A stretch of DNA of 64,000 nucleotides from the NCBI GenBank assembly GCA_963748215.1, contig CAVVHS010000006.1:832001-896000 (forward strand), given 5' to 3'. Within the stretch, counting starts at the first letter, position 1. Each line of letters starts with the position of its first letter. The DNA comes from an uncultured Gammaproteobacteria bacterium (GTDB lineage Bacteria; Pseudomonadota; Gammaproteobacteria; UBA9214). The position numbers and the translations under genes are program-made. Positions 1 through 9,288 of the stretch are shown here, in pieces. A model generated the notes under the pieces. The model saw only the letters and a list, made by a program, of their open reading frames with translations, was not told the DNA's origin and made no database searches.

Positions 1-3000
1 ATGTACCACCTCGCGGGGCAATTCGCTTGAGCCAAGGACGATTTCGAGTATCCGTAGGCGCCGATGCGCTGGCCAGTCAGCAGCCAGGTAACGGAGCGTT
101 TTCTTGATGGCCTGCCGAATCCCGCTGTAGGCGGGATCGTCCTCGTACAGCATCTCCGCGGCCGGCGATTGTTGTAAAGTCCGAGAGAACTGCTCGTCGT
201 CGATTTCCCCAAGTAGCAGATCCGGCAGGTGCCGACCCACTCGCCCGATCAGGGTCAACTGCGGCAGACAATCCGGCGCGTCACACAGCAAGGCCTGCCA
301 GATCTCCTCAGCCCCAGGCAATTCGGTCTCGCCCGTCAGGCGTGGTGAGCCATTGTCGTCCACCAACCTCCCTTCCTTCTCCATCACGCCGCACAGCCAG
401 CGTTTATAAGGCGAGCGCGATTGCGTGAAATCCTGCAGCACTCCTGAACCCCTGCGCTGCACCAAAGTCTCGAACGCCTCGTATATGAAGGAAAGCGTAA
501 GCGCTTCAAACAAGGGGAGCGTTTCCTTAAACCAGCGCTCTCTGCGGGCGTCATCTTCCGCCGACGTTGCTCGCAGCATTTCCAGCAATGCCTGCTGGGA
601 CGGCAGCTGAATTTGCTGAGTATCCGCTGCATGCGGCTCCAGCCAGGGGGATACCTGCCAGGACGCAACCTTGTTGTGCGCCTGTTGTTGTAAGGGTGCA
701 GCACGGAACCGGCAGGCCGAGACTACGGCAACCAGTTCCCCTTCTGCATCAAACAGTTCGAAATCTGCGAGTACCGAGCGTGCACCGAACCGATTCACCC
801 GAAGTCTAAATCCAACCACGTCGGCCTGTTGCAGCAACTCCAGACGTCCAGCCTTGACCGGCAACAGGGCAATTCCCTGCCCCCCTTCTATCTCCGGCTG
901 GAAAAAATCGACCAACGATTGGTAACACACATCCAGCACTGCCGGGTGAAGCAGGTACCCCCCAGTCCCTTCGTGGCCAGATACAAAGGAAACCTCCGCC
1001 TCGAGGTTGCGGTCAGCCACCCGTGCCGATACCAGCCCCCTGAATGCATCGCCATAATCCAGCCCCAGGGTGGCTGCCAGACGATAGTGTGTATCGCCCT
1101 GGACGAGTCGTGCTGTGGCGGGAGGGGCTGATATGCGAGCGGTAGGCAGGCGATCACTCGTCTCGATTATCCGACCGGCGGCATGCAATCTCCAGGCGTC
1201 GTCGGACAAGCGCTGGCGGCTGGTGATCTGAAAACTCCCGTCGCGCTCGTTGACAATGAGGCGTAAAGTGCGCGCGTGATCCCCATCGAACACCATCGGT
1301 GCAACAATATCGAGTTCTTCAATTGCCAAATGTTGGCCACCCAGCCATTCACGCGCCGCAGCCAAGGCCATTTCGGCATAAGCTGCCCCGGGGAAAACGA
1401 TTGCACCACCAACCTTGTGATCGGCCAACCAGGGAAGAATTTCGGGGTCGAGCGTGTTTTCCCAACCCAGCGTCACACCATGCAGGCGCCATCCCAGCAG
1501 TGGATGCACGCGACGCCGCTGAATGACACCGACGCTCTCGGTTGTCGTGGGATGCCAAAAACGCTCCTTCTGCCATGGGTAATTCGGCAGGCGTACACGA
1601 CGCCCCCGAAAGGGAAAAAACACGTCGTAGTTTGGCTGATCACTGAGCAGCTGGATACGTAGAGCCGCCTCTCGAATCCGATCAGGTCCATCGTCATCAC
1701 GCCGCAGCGTGGCCAGTATACGTGCCTCGGATCCTGCATCAGCAACGCACTCGGACATGTAACGCTGAAGAATCGCGTGTGGCCCGATTTCCACAAATGT
1801 ACGGCAGCCAAGTTGCTGGAGACGCGCCATTGCATCGGCGAAAAGGACCGGCTGGCGCACATTGTCCCACCAATATTCCGCGCCCAGTGATTCGCCCTCT
1901 ATAACATCCCCGTTGACTGTCGATACAAAGTACACCGACTTCGTCGGTCCGGGCGCCAGGCCCTGCAGACTCTCTATCAGGCGAGGCTGGATTACATCCA
2001 TCTGCCGGCTGTGGAATGCGTAGTCAAGATCCAACAGAGTGAAGAATACGTCCTCCGGCGCCAGATGCCGCTCGATCCGCTGCAGACACTCCAGACTGCC
2101 AGCCACAGTAATGTTATTTGGGCTGTTGACTCCTGCAATCTCTACATCCAGGTCGTCACCCAGCTGCGAAATCAGTTCGCGCATTGCAGCCTCAGACATA
2201 CCGACCGCCGCCATGCGTCCGGCACCACGGGTCTCACCTTGGGCCTTGCTGCGCGCACAGATTACGCGAATCGCTTGTGTGAGATCGAAGACGCCTGCAG
2301 CCCAGGCCGCCGTCACCTCGCCGACACTATGCCCGACGACCGCTACCGGTTCACAACCCTGGTCTTTGAGCAGCAGCGTAACCGCCACCTGGACGGCGAA
2401 CAACAGCGGTTGCGCCACCATCGTGTCATTCAGGCGCGCTTCGTCCGCTACAGCCTGAAGTTCCGCAATCACCGAGAAGCCGGCGATCGAGGCGACCGCT
2501 TCATCGATCCCGTTAATGATCTCGCCGAAACGCGGACTCTCCGCCAACAATACGCGTCCCATGCCAAGCCACTGGGAACCATTACCCGAATACACGAATG
2601 CAGTACCGCCCTGCTGCGCAAGGCGGTCTTCGGTTACCACGCCGCCCGGCATGTTGCCATTGGCAAAATCTTCAAGCAGTTGCGTAACCTCGGCGGGGGT
2701 TGGCGCCACAAGTGCCAGGCGATTCTCCAGGCGCTCGCGGTGAAATACGGCGGCATAAGCGATATCATAAAACTCTCTTGCAGATGCCTCACGCAACAAA
2801 CCAGCATACTGGCCAGCCATAGCTCTCAGCGCGCTACCGGAGCGTGCCGACAAGAACAGCGGCGGTGGGGACAGTTTCTCCGGCACAACTTCATCCCCGA
2901 CATCCACTGCCGGCTGGGCTTGAACCAGGATGTGTGCGTTGGCACCGCCGAAGCCAAAGGAGTTGACCCCCCCCACCAACGGCCTCGCATCGTCTCTCTC

Positions 3001-4290
3001 GAGCGAGTGGTAGCTGGTAACCAATTCGAGATTCAGCCCCTTGAAATCGATATGTGGATTTGGATCTTTCAGGTGCAGGGAAGGTGGCAGGGCACGGTTT
3101 TTCAACACCAACAAGGTCTTAACCAAACCGGCCATACCTGACGCCGGCTCCAGATGCCCAAGGTTGGCCTTGACCGAGCTGATCGGCAGTGGCTTGTTCC
3201 GCTCGGTACCATAGACCTCGCCGATTGCCGCAGTCTCGATTGGATCTCCCACCGCAGTACCGGTACCATGCGCTTCGACAAAATCGATGTCAGCGGCATC
3301 CAGACCACTGCGCGCGAGCACCTTGCTCATCAACTCCGCCTGGCCTTCGGAGCTGGGGATGGTAATGCTGGTTTTCCGCCCACCGTCCGTATTGACACCA
3401 CTGGCAAGTATCAAACCCTGCACCGCATCCCCGTCCTCCAGCGCCTTGCTCAAAGGTTTGAGCAATAGCACGGCACCACCCTCGGCTCGAACATAACCAT
3501 CACCAGAGGCATCGAAGGCCTTGCAGCGTCCGTCAGCCGATAACATCGATGCCTTGGTGAATCCGACAAAGGGATAAGGGTTCAACAATAAATTTACGCC
3601 CCCGGCGATCGCCATCGCGGACTCCCCGCTGCGCAGGCAATTGCAGGCGTGATGCAATGCCACCAAAGACGATGAGCAAGCCGTATCGACGGCCAGTGAG
3701 GGCCCTCTCAGGTCGTATACATAGGAAAGTCGGTTTGCCGCAATGCTCAGGGTATTACCGGTCATCAGGTGCGACGAAAAACCGGCGAAGTCATCAAGCC
3801 CCCGAGTGCCGTAATCGAGCCCGGAAATACCAATATAGACCGCGCAGTCCGAGCCTGCCAGGGAGGAAGGTGGTCTTCCCGCGTTTTCCATCGCCTCCCA
3901 GGACAACTCGAGCAACAGCCTTTGTTGGGGGTCCAGCCAAGCAGCCTCACGAGGGGATATGCTGAAAAAGGCTGCATCAAATTCATCGATTCGCGAAAGC
4001 ACTCCGGCAGAGAAGGTAATGCTGCATCCAGGTTCGCTCCGCTTTGGATGTTCGAACTCATCTACCGCCCAGCGATCATCAGGGATACGCTTGACCAGGT
4101 CTTCGCCATCCACCAGCGCCTGCCAAAACTGGTCTTCATCGCTGATGTCACCCGGAAAACGGAAGGCCAGCCCAACAATAGCTATTGGATCGCTGGATAA
4201 AAAAGGAGTGTTGGCTTCGACTTGACTGTCTGAACGTTCCTGAGTCTGCTTATCCGCAGCTACCTGTCTGCCATGCAATCGATCTCGCAT
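1..4290 (-). CDS. Type I polyketide synthase (KS-AT-DH...), WcbR/RkpA-like capsule-associated PKS; runs off the left edge
   Basis: Manual translation from ATG at 4290 gives DPIAIVGLAFRFPG (KS start), DTACSSS (KS Cys), GHSVG and YAFHS (AT), HPLLG and DHKVGGAIVFPG (DH). KS, AT and DH motifs were checked to be in one frame. Absent from the ORF track, probably because it is edge-truncated. Confidence 0.9.
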   Translation of the reverse strand, partial: MRDRLHGRQVAADKQTQERSDSQVEANTPFLSSDPIAIVGLAFRFPGDISDEDQFWQALVDGEDLVKRIPDDRWAVDEFEHPKRSEPGCSITFSAGVLSRIDEFDAAFFSISPREAAWLDPQQRLLLELSWEAMENAGRPPSSLAGSDCAVYIGISGLDYGTRGLDDFAGFSSHLMTGNTLSIAANRLSYVYDLRGPSLAVDTACSSSLVALHHACNCLRSGESAMAIAGGVNLLLNPYPFVGFTKASMLSADGRCKAFDASGDGYVRAEGGAVLLLKPLSKALEDGDAVQGLILASGVNTDGGRKTSITIPSSEGQAELMSKVLARSGLDAADIDFVEAHGTGTAVGDPIETAAIGEVYGTERNKPLPISSVKANLGHLEPASGMAGLVKTLLVLKNRALPPSLHLKDPNPHIDFKGLNLELVTSYHSLERDDARPLVGGVNSFGFGGANAHILVQAQPAVDVGDEVVPEKLSPPPLFLSARSGSALRAMAGQYAGLLREASAREFYDIAYAAVFHRERLENRLALVAPTPAEVTQLLEDFANGNMPGGVVTEDRLAQQGGTAFVYSGNGSQWLGMGRVLLAESPRFGEIINGIDEAVASIAGFSVIAELQAVADEARLNDTMVAQPLLFAVQVAVTLLLKDQGCEPVAVVGHSVGEVTAAWAAGVFDLTQAIRVICARSKAQGETRGAGRMAAVGMSEAAMRELISQLGDDLDVEIAGVNSPNNITVAGSLECLQRIERHLAPEDVFFTLLDLDYAFHSRQMDVIQPRLIESLQGLAPGPTKSVYFVSTVNGDVIEGESLGAEYWWDNVRQPVLFADAMARLQQLGCRTFVEIGPHAILQRYMSECVADAGSEARILATLRRDDDGPDRIREAALRIQLLSDQPNYDVFFPFRGRRVRLPNYPWQKERFWHPTTTESVGVIQRRRVHPLLGWRLHGVTLGWENTLDPEILPWLADHKVGGAIVFPGAAYAEMALAAAREWLGGQHLAIEELDIVAPMVFDGDHARTLRLIVNERDGSFQITSRQRLSDDAWRLHAAGRIIETSDRLPTARISAPPATARLVQGDTHYRLAATLGLDYGDAFRGLVSARVADRNLEAEVSFVSGHEGTGGYLLHPAVLDVCYQSLVDFFQPEIEGGQGIALLPVKAGRLELLQQADVVGFRLRVNRFGARSVLADFELFDAEGELVAVVSACRFRAAPLQQQAHNKVASWQVSPWLEPHAADTQQIQLPSQQALLEMLRATSAEDDARRERWFKETLPLFEALTLSFIYEAFETLVQRRGSGVLQDFTQSRSPYKRWLCGVMEKEGRLVDDNGSPRLTGETELPGAEEIWQALLCDAPDCLPQLTLIGRVGRHLPDLLLGEIDDEQFSRTLQQSPAAEMLYEDDPAYSGIRQAIKKTLRYLAADWPAHRRLRILEIVLGSSELPREVVH

Positions 4291-4609
4291 CCCTGCCCCT
4301 TTCAACAGCAACTCTCGTAAAGTTTCATGAAGGATGTATTAACGAAGTCTAAAGTTCAACAACGTATACAGGAAAAAGACGGCCAGTAACATGGAATTAC
4401 ACTCAGCAAATTCGGATTAATAGATTTGTACTATTTTTGGCTTTAAACGAAGAAAAGTCGGTATAGGTTGGAACCCTTGTATCTGACTATCCAGGATTTG
4501 TCGATCCCAGACAGCCAAGAATAGGAATTCAAGAGAGTGGTCGTCTATGGGACTGTTGAGACTTCATGGGGTAAGGGGCCCATTAGCGCCCCTGTAACAT
4601 ATTGATATT

Positions 4610-4725
4610 TGGCGCGCCCGAAGAGATTACTCGGGGCTGCGCCCCTCGCCCCTGCGGAGCGCCGGCAGAGCCGGCGTTCTTCGCCGCTGCGCGGCTTGTC
4701 GAACGCCCGACCGCCTGGTTCGTAG
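4610..4725 (-). repeat. tRNA-Arg(ACG) 3'-half att-like site 1, split by a 71-bp hairpin insertion (4629-4699)
   Basis: TGGCGCGCCCGAAGAGATT|insert|CGAACGCCCGACCGCCTGGTTCGTAG; IHF consensus TATCAATATGTTA at 4595-4607 (- strand). Confidence 0.85.
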
Positions 4726-4845
4726 TTATCGCCAGGGGGCGTAACCATTTGTATTTTAAGCAACTCAGGCGTGGTCGCCCGTTGCATTCTGTACTACCAC
4801 GCACCACTGCGCTGGACTGATCCCGGCAAAAGTCCGGCAGGGTAT

Positions 4846-5852
4846 GGGTATAGGAAGCATAACCCACGTATCTCGCGAGAATCCACCCGGGAACCGGCCG
4901 CAGCCCACCTTGCCCGCCTCCCTCCCGGGCCGGCAGCCTGGCCATGTGAATCCATGAATACCTGCTTGCGCCTCGTCACACCCATCCGTCCGGCAGCGCA
5001 CGCGGTGCCGGTAGCCGCAAACCCTCACGGACCGGCGCCGCTTGCTCCAGATGCGCCAGAATCTTGCCGATCACCGCCGGGTCCTCGATGCTGGCGATGA
5101 TCTTCACCGCACCGCCGCAGGCCTGACAGGTCTCAACATCGACAAGGTGAATGATGCGCAGCATCAAGAGAGGGTGCCCTGGGGCATCCGGAATACGCGC
5201 TTGAAGCCCTGTGCCCAGGTCATCGCAGACCGGCGGGCCGCCGGCGTGTCCTCCTCTACCTCATCCGATGCCTTGCGGTTGGCACCCCGGCCCCGACCCG
5301 CCTTCGTGACCCAGGCCCGGTGTGGACTGTTCGGTGCGAACACCCCGTGGTAGCGGGTCAGATTCACCCGTGGCCGCGGCACCAGCGCCGCCAGGCGGGC
5401 CATGAAATCCAGCGGCTCGACAAAATCGCCGGGAGCGATTTTGAACAGCCGAAGGCTGGCCCGAAGGGCGGAGGGCAGGATGCCCGGAGTAACATGACGT
5501 GCGTGGTGCCGTCCCGGTAAGGCGTCTTGAGCTGGTAGCGCACAGTTCCCGAAGGCGTCAGTGACAGGCGCGGTTCGGCAATCGCCGGCCGGGTTACATA
5601 GCGGCACAAACGCTCCAGCTTCTGCCGCTCGCCGCGGGCGGTGGCCACCCCGGCATACAGCGAGAAACCGGCCACTTTCGCTACCCGGGCACTGGACTCT
5701 TCCAGGCTGCCCGCCGCCGGCAGGCTCTGCAGGCAGAAGGCCTTGCGCCCCTGCTGTGGCCCCACGGCAATACGGTAGGTAATCGAACTGCCCAGCACAC
5801 CTTCCAGGCCGGTCTCGCCCGCCGGCTCCAGCGCAAGATAACTGGAATTTTC
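4846..5852 (-). mobile_element. IS91/ISCR-family element, 5'-truncated transposase pseudogene with oriIS
   Basis: oriIS-type end ...ATGCTTCCTATACCC at 4846; LERLCRYVTRPA, EPLDFMARLAALVPRPRVNLTRYHGVFAPNS and CQACGG motifs; two small internal insertions. Confidence 0.88.
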
Positions 5853-5979
5853 ACCAGCAAGCTGGGCCCGATAGTTGAGCCATCTGCGCCAGTCGCTCCG
5901 CCATTCATTACAAATTTGTTATTCAGAAACCTGGGGAAATCATATTTAGTCTTTCCTGCGGACAAGTCCTATGCGCAGC

Positions 5980-7602
5980 TCAGCGCCCACGCGCCCTTCG
6001 TAGGGCAGTCGCAAGCCTCCAAGGGAACGACGAGAGAATTTCTGCGAGCTGATTATTTACCAACGTTAATTCTTCGTCTCGCTCGCTCACCACTTTCTCT
6101 AATGCTCCGCATCTTTCTTTCCATTGTGTGACTTCAATCTGGAGTCGCATCATTTCTTTTTTAGCCGCTCGGGACTCGTGCGTTAGAATTTCTTCTTCGG
6201 CTTTCGCATCTGCGGATTTGATGGAGAACCTATCCCTGATGAGCCGCTCTTTTTCGCTTAACACTTTTTGTAAAAGTTTCGCATTCTCACGCTCGCCTGC
6301 TAACCAGTCTGCCAACGCTCTGTCCAACGACGCCTCTGCTTTTGTTCGCTGTCCCCGCCGCCGCAATACTTTTGCATACTCTAATCGTGCCAGAATGTGA
6401 GTCGGATGCAGTCCTACTATTTGGCCTAACAACTCTTGGGCCCGCTTCAACTCCCCTTCCCGAGCATAAACCCCTGCGAGCTTCAACACCGCGGACTCAT
6501 CATCTGGTGCCCGCTGCACTACAAACTTCAGCATTTGTTTCAGTCGTTTGTTATCATGCCATTGATCTGTCTGCATTTCCGTGCTCAGGAACTCGATAGC
6601 ATCCTCATTCCTGTTCGTGAGGATGAGGCTGATTAAATAAATGAATGCCGCCGGGATTGTGGGATTCCACGGCGTGTTAACTGGCCTAACGGCTTCTCGA
6701 AACTCGGCAAAGATCATCTTGTATTGAGAGCTATCGAGAGCTTCCGTTCCTCTCAACCAGAACTGCGTAATATCGTACCTCCACCAATTGCGGATTATCC
6801 ATTCTGCTGCCTCTTCCAAACCTTCAGCACGGAGCAGATCAATTACTCGCTTCTTCGCTCTTATAGAGTCAATCGCTATTTTCGCTGACACCTGTCGCCG
6901 CGTCATCGAACCAGTCGACTGCCGATAATGATAAACTACGTCAGGAATAAGAGTTACACGGCTAGCACAAACCAGGCATTGCGCCAGCATCACGAGATCC
7001 CCGCCCATAACCAGGTCTGCCGGGTATCGGATCCCTTGTTTATCTAGAAAGCACCGCTTATATAGATAAGAGCAGTGACTTCCAGGGATGCGCCTCAGCA
7101 AATCCGACTCATATATGTTTGTATTACGAATCGGCATATTGACGCACAAGCCCGAAGTCTTTCTGACTTTGCCGTCCTCCTGCATCATGGCGACACACCC
7201 TTTCACCATCTCGCTGCCATTATTGGAGGCCTCTGCATAAAGAACCGCTAAGGCATATTCCGGTATTGCGTCATCTGCATCTAGATAAAACAAGTACTCT
7301 CCCCGTGCCGCTTCAATACCTCCATTTCTAGCCACACCCTCGCCATGATTAACATCATTTTCAAGGATACGTATCCTGTCATCCGCTCTTGCATGCTTTC
7401 GGAGCACTTGAGAAGTCCCATCCGTCGAACCATCGTCAACGCAAATGATCTCGATCTCGCTCAGCGTCTGCTGCCTCGCCGACTTCAAACATGCACCCAC
7501 ATACCGCTCTACATTAAATGCCGGTATGATTATAGAAATCTTTGGAGTTAACATTTTTTTCCTCTTAATCCTGTACCGGTTTTCCAGCCATGCCATTTGC
7601 AC
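5980..7602 (-). CDS. GT2 glycosyltransferase with TPR-like/coiled-coil C-terminus
   Basis: ISIIIPAFNVE, VDDGSTD, ARNGGI, LDADD motifs. Confidence 0.9.
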   Translation of the reverse strand: MQMAWLENRYRIKRKKMLTPKISIIIPAFNVERYVGACLKSARQQTLSEIEIICVDDGSTDGTSQVLRKHARADDRIRILENDVNHGEGVARNGGIEAARGEYLFYLDADDAIPEYALAVLYAEASNNGSEMVKGCVAMMQEDGKVRKTSGLCVNMPIRNTNIYESDLLRRIPGSHCSYLYKRCFLDKQGIRYPADLVMGGDLVMLAQCLVCASRVTLIPDVVYHYRQSTGSMTRRQVSAKIAIDSIRAKKRVIDLLRAEGLEEAAEWIIRNWWRYDITQFWLRGTEALDSSQYKMIFAEFREAVRPVNTPWNPTIPAAFIYLISLILTNRNEDAIEFLSTEMQTDQWHDNKRLKQMLKFVVQRAPDDESAVLKLAGVYAREGELKRAQELLGQIVGLHPTHILARLEYAKVLRRRGQRTKAEASLDRALADWLAGERENAKLLQKVLSEKERLIRDRFSIKSADAKAEEEILTHESRAAKKEMMRLQIEVTQWKERCGALEKVVSERDEELTLVNNQLAEILSSFPWRLATALRRARGR

Positions 7603-7789
7603 TACTGCTGAACATCGAACGCCAAGGCGTACTGATCATAGAGAGGATATTGCTACTGCGGCAGACACTACACGCAGCATAATCTACCCTTGGGCAACTA
7701 TGACTCGCAGGGCGCGCCGCCTTCCCAGCACCAGAGCGGCACAATTCGCACTACAAATTATTGAACCGTAAAAGTTATTTCGAAAACTC

Positions 7790-9056
7790 TTCAGTTTGAG
7801 TCAAGCTACGACGGCCGACTCTTACCGTTACTGATAACAAGCCTGTTCTTTCTTTGCCGGCGGGACGTCGCAGATCGGCTCCAGCAGCCGGCGGTGATTG
7901 AACCAGTCCACCCATTTCAGAGTAGCGTACTCGACCCCATCGATGTTGCGCCAAGCCCCCCACCGGCGGATATCCCCGGTTTTGAACAGGCTGATAATTG
8001 TCTCTACCTGGGCACTATCATACAAATCGCCGACACTGCGGACCGACGACTCGACACCGGCTCCGGCGAAGTGCTCGGTATAGTGGATCGACAGATAGTG
8101 AGCACCCCGGTCGCTGTGATGCACCATGCCCCCCGTCCATGTCCTTGACCACAGCGCCTGTTCAAGTGCATCCAGCACCAGGTCCGTACACATTGAACTC
8201 GCCACCCCCTAACCGACAATGCGACGGGCGAAGACATCGATGACGAAGACTACGCCCACCCAGGTGGCAACGTAGGCAAAGTCCGCCACCCACAACGAGT
8301 TGGGATACGTCGCCGTGATCCACCGCTGCACGAGATCAGCCGGTCGATCGGCCGCATTGTCGGCTTGTATCGTCCGCCATGCCTTACCATGTACCGCGCC
8401 ATGCAGACACAACTTGCTTATCAGGCACTCCACCGTGCAGGAGGTCACCGGTATCTATTCACGGCTCAACAGCCGCCAGACCTCAGGCACCGTAGACCTA
8501 GAAGTTATCAGCCCATACGCGCCGAATCTCGGGCTTAAGCGTCATATCGGGCTGTGCACGCGGTGGCAGCCGTTCAGGATTGGACTCGCGGTGATTGCAC
8601 TCGTAATACGTCGAGGAGGCAATCGGCAACTACGCGCAAATCAACTTGACCCCATACTCGGATCAGTGCACATCGATAAACGACTTCATCACATCAGTCG
8701 CCGACCGAGATCCGCCCGGGCGAAAAAGCCGACGCCTTCGCAGATTCTCGTTGGCACGATTCAGCTCACTGTTCTCCCGCTCCAGCGCCTCGAGCCGCTC
8801 GCGATCAGACGTGGTCAGACCTTCACGCTTCCCTGATCCCGCCCGGCTTACCGCACCCTAATACGCAACGTCTCGGCCGTGCAACCCGCTTATCCGGCAA
8901 TCGAGTTCAACGCCGCTTACTGCGAGTCGTATTCAGCCCGGTGCCCGAAAACCAGCCATACCGCCAGTTCCCGTACTTACGACGAATAACTTGCTGACTT
9001 GCTCACGACTCCATCCTTTCAAGAAATTAAGCCTCCGGTAAAGCCGGGGCGATTCA
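7790..9056 (-). mobile_element. Degenerate IS3-family element (IS51-group-like)
   Basis: End TGAATCGCCCCGG at 9056; fragments WVADFAYV, HHSDRG and WVDWFNHRRLL with stops and frameshifts. Confidence 0.8.
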
Positions 9057-9288
9057 CCTCGCACTCTGGAGTTAAGTCTTTGCGGACATTTTGCTTCACC
9101 GCCGCAGTGTGAGCTGACTGAAAACCAGCGGCGACTGTTCAATGACCGGCCTTTGACATAGACAACTAACCAGTCCGGATTTTACTTATGCTTTATAGAC
9201 CAAGCATTTGTAATACGAGCCCAATGCAATAGGACGAACAGGAACAATTGCATATACTTCTCACACTTGGCTAACCGTTCTGCATTGG

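Noticed and set aside
2011-3141. 376-aa + strand ORF and neighbouring ORFs
   Set aside because: Antisense shadows of the PKS reading frame.
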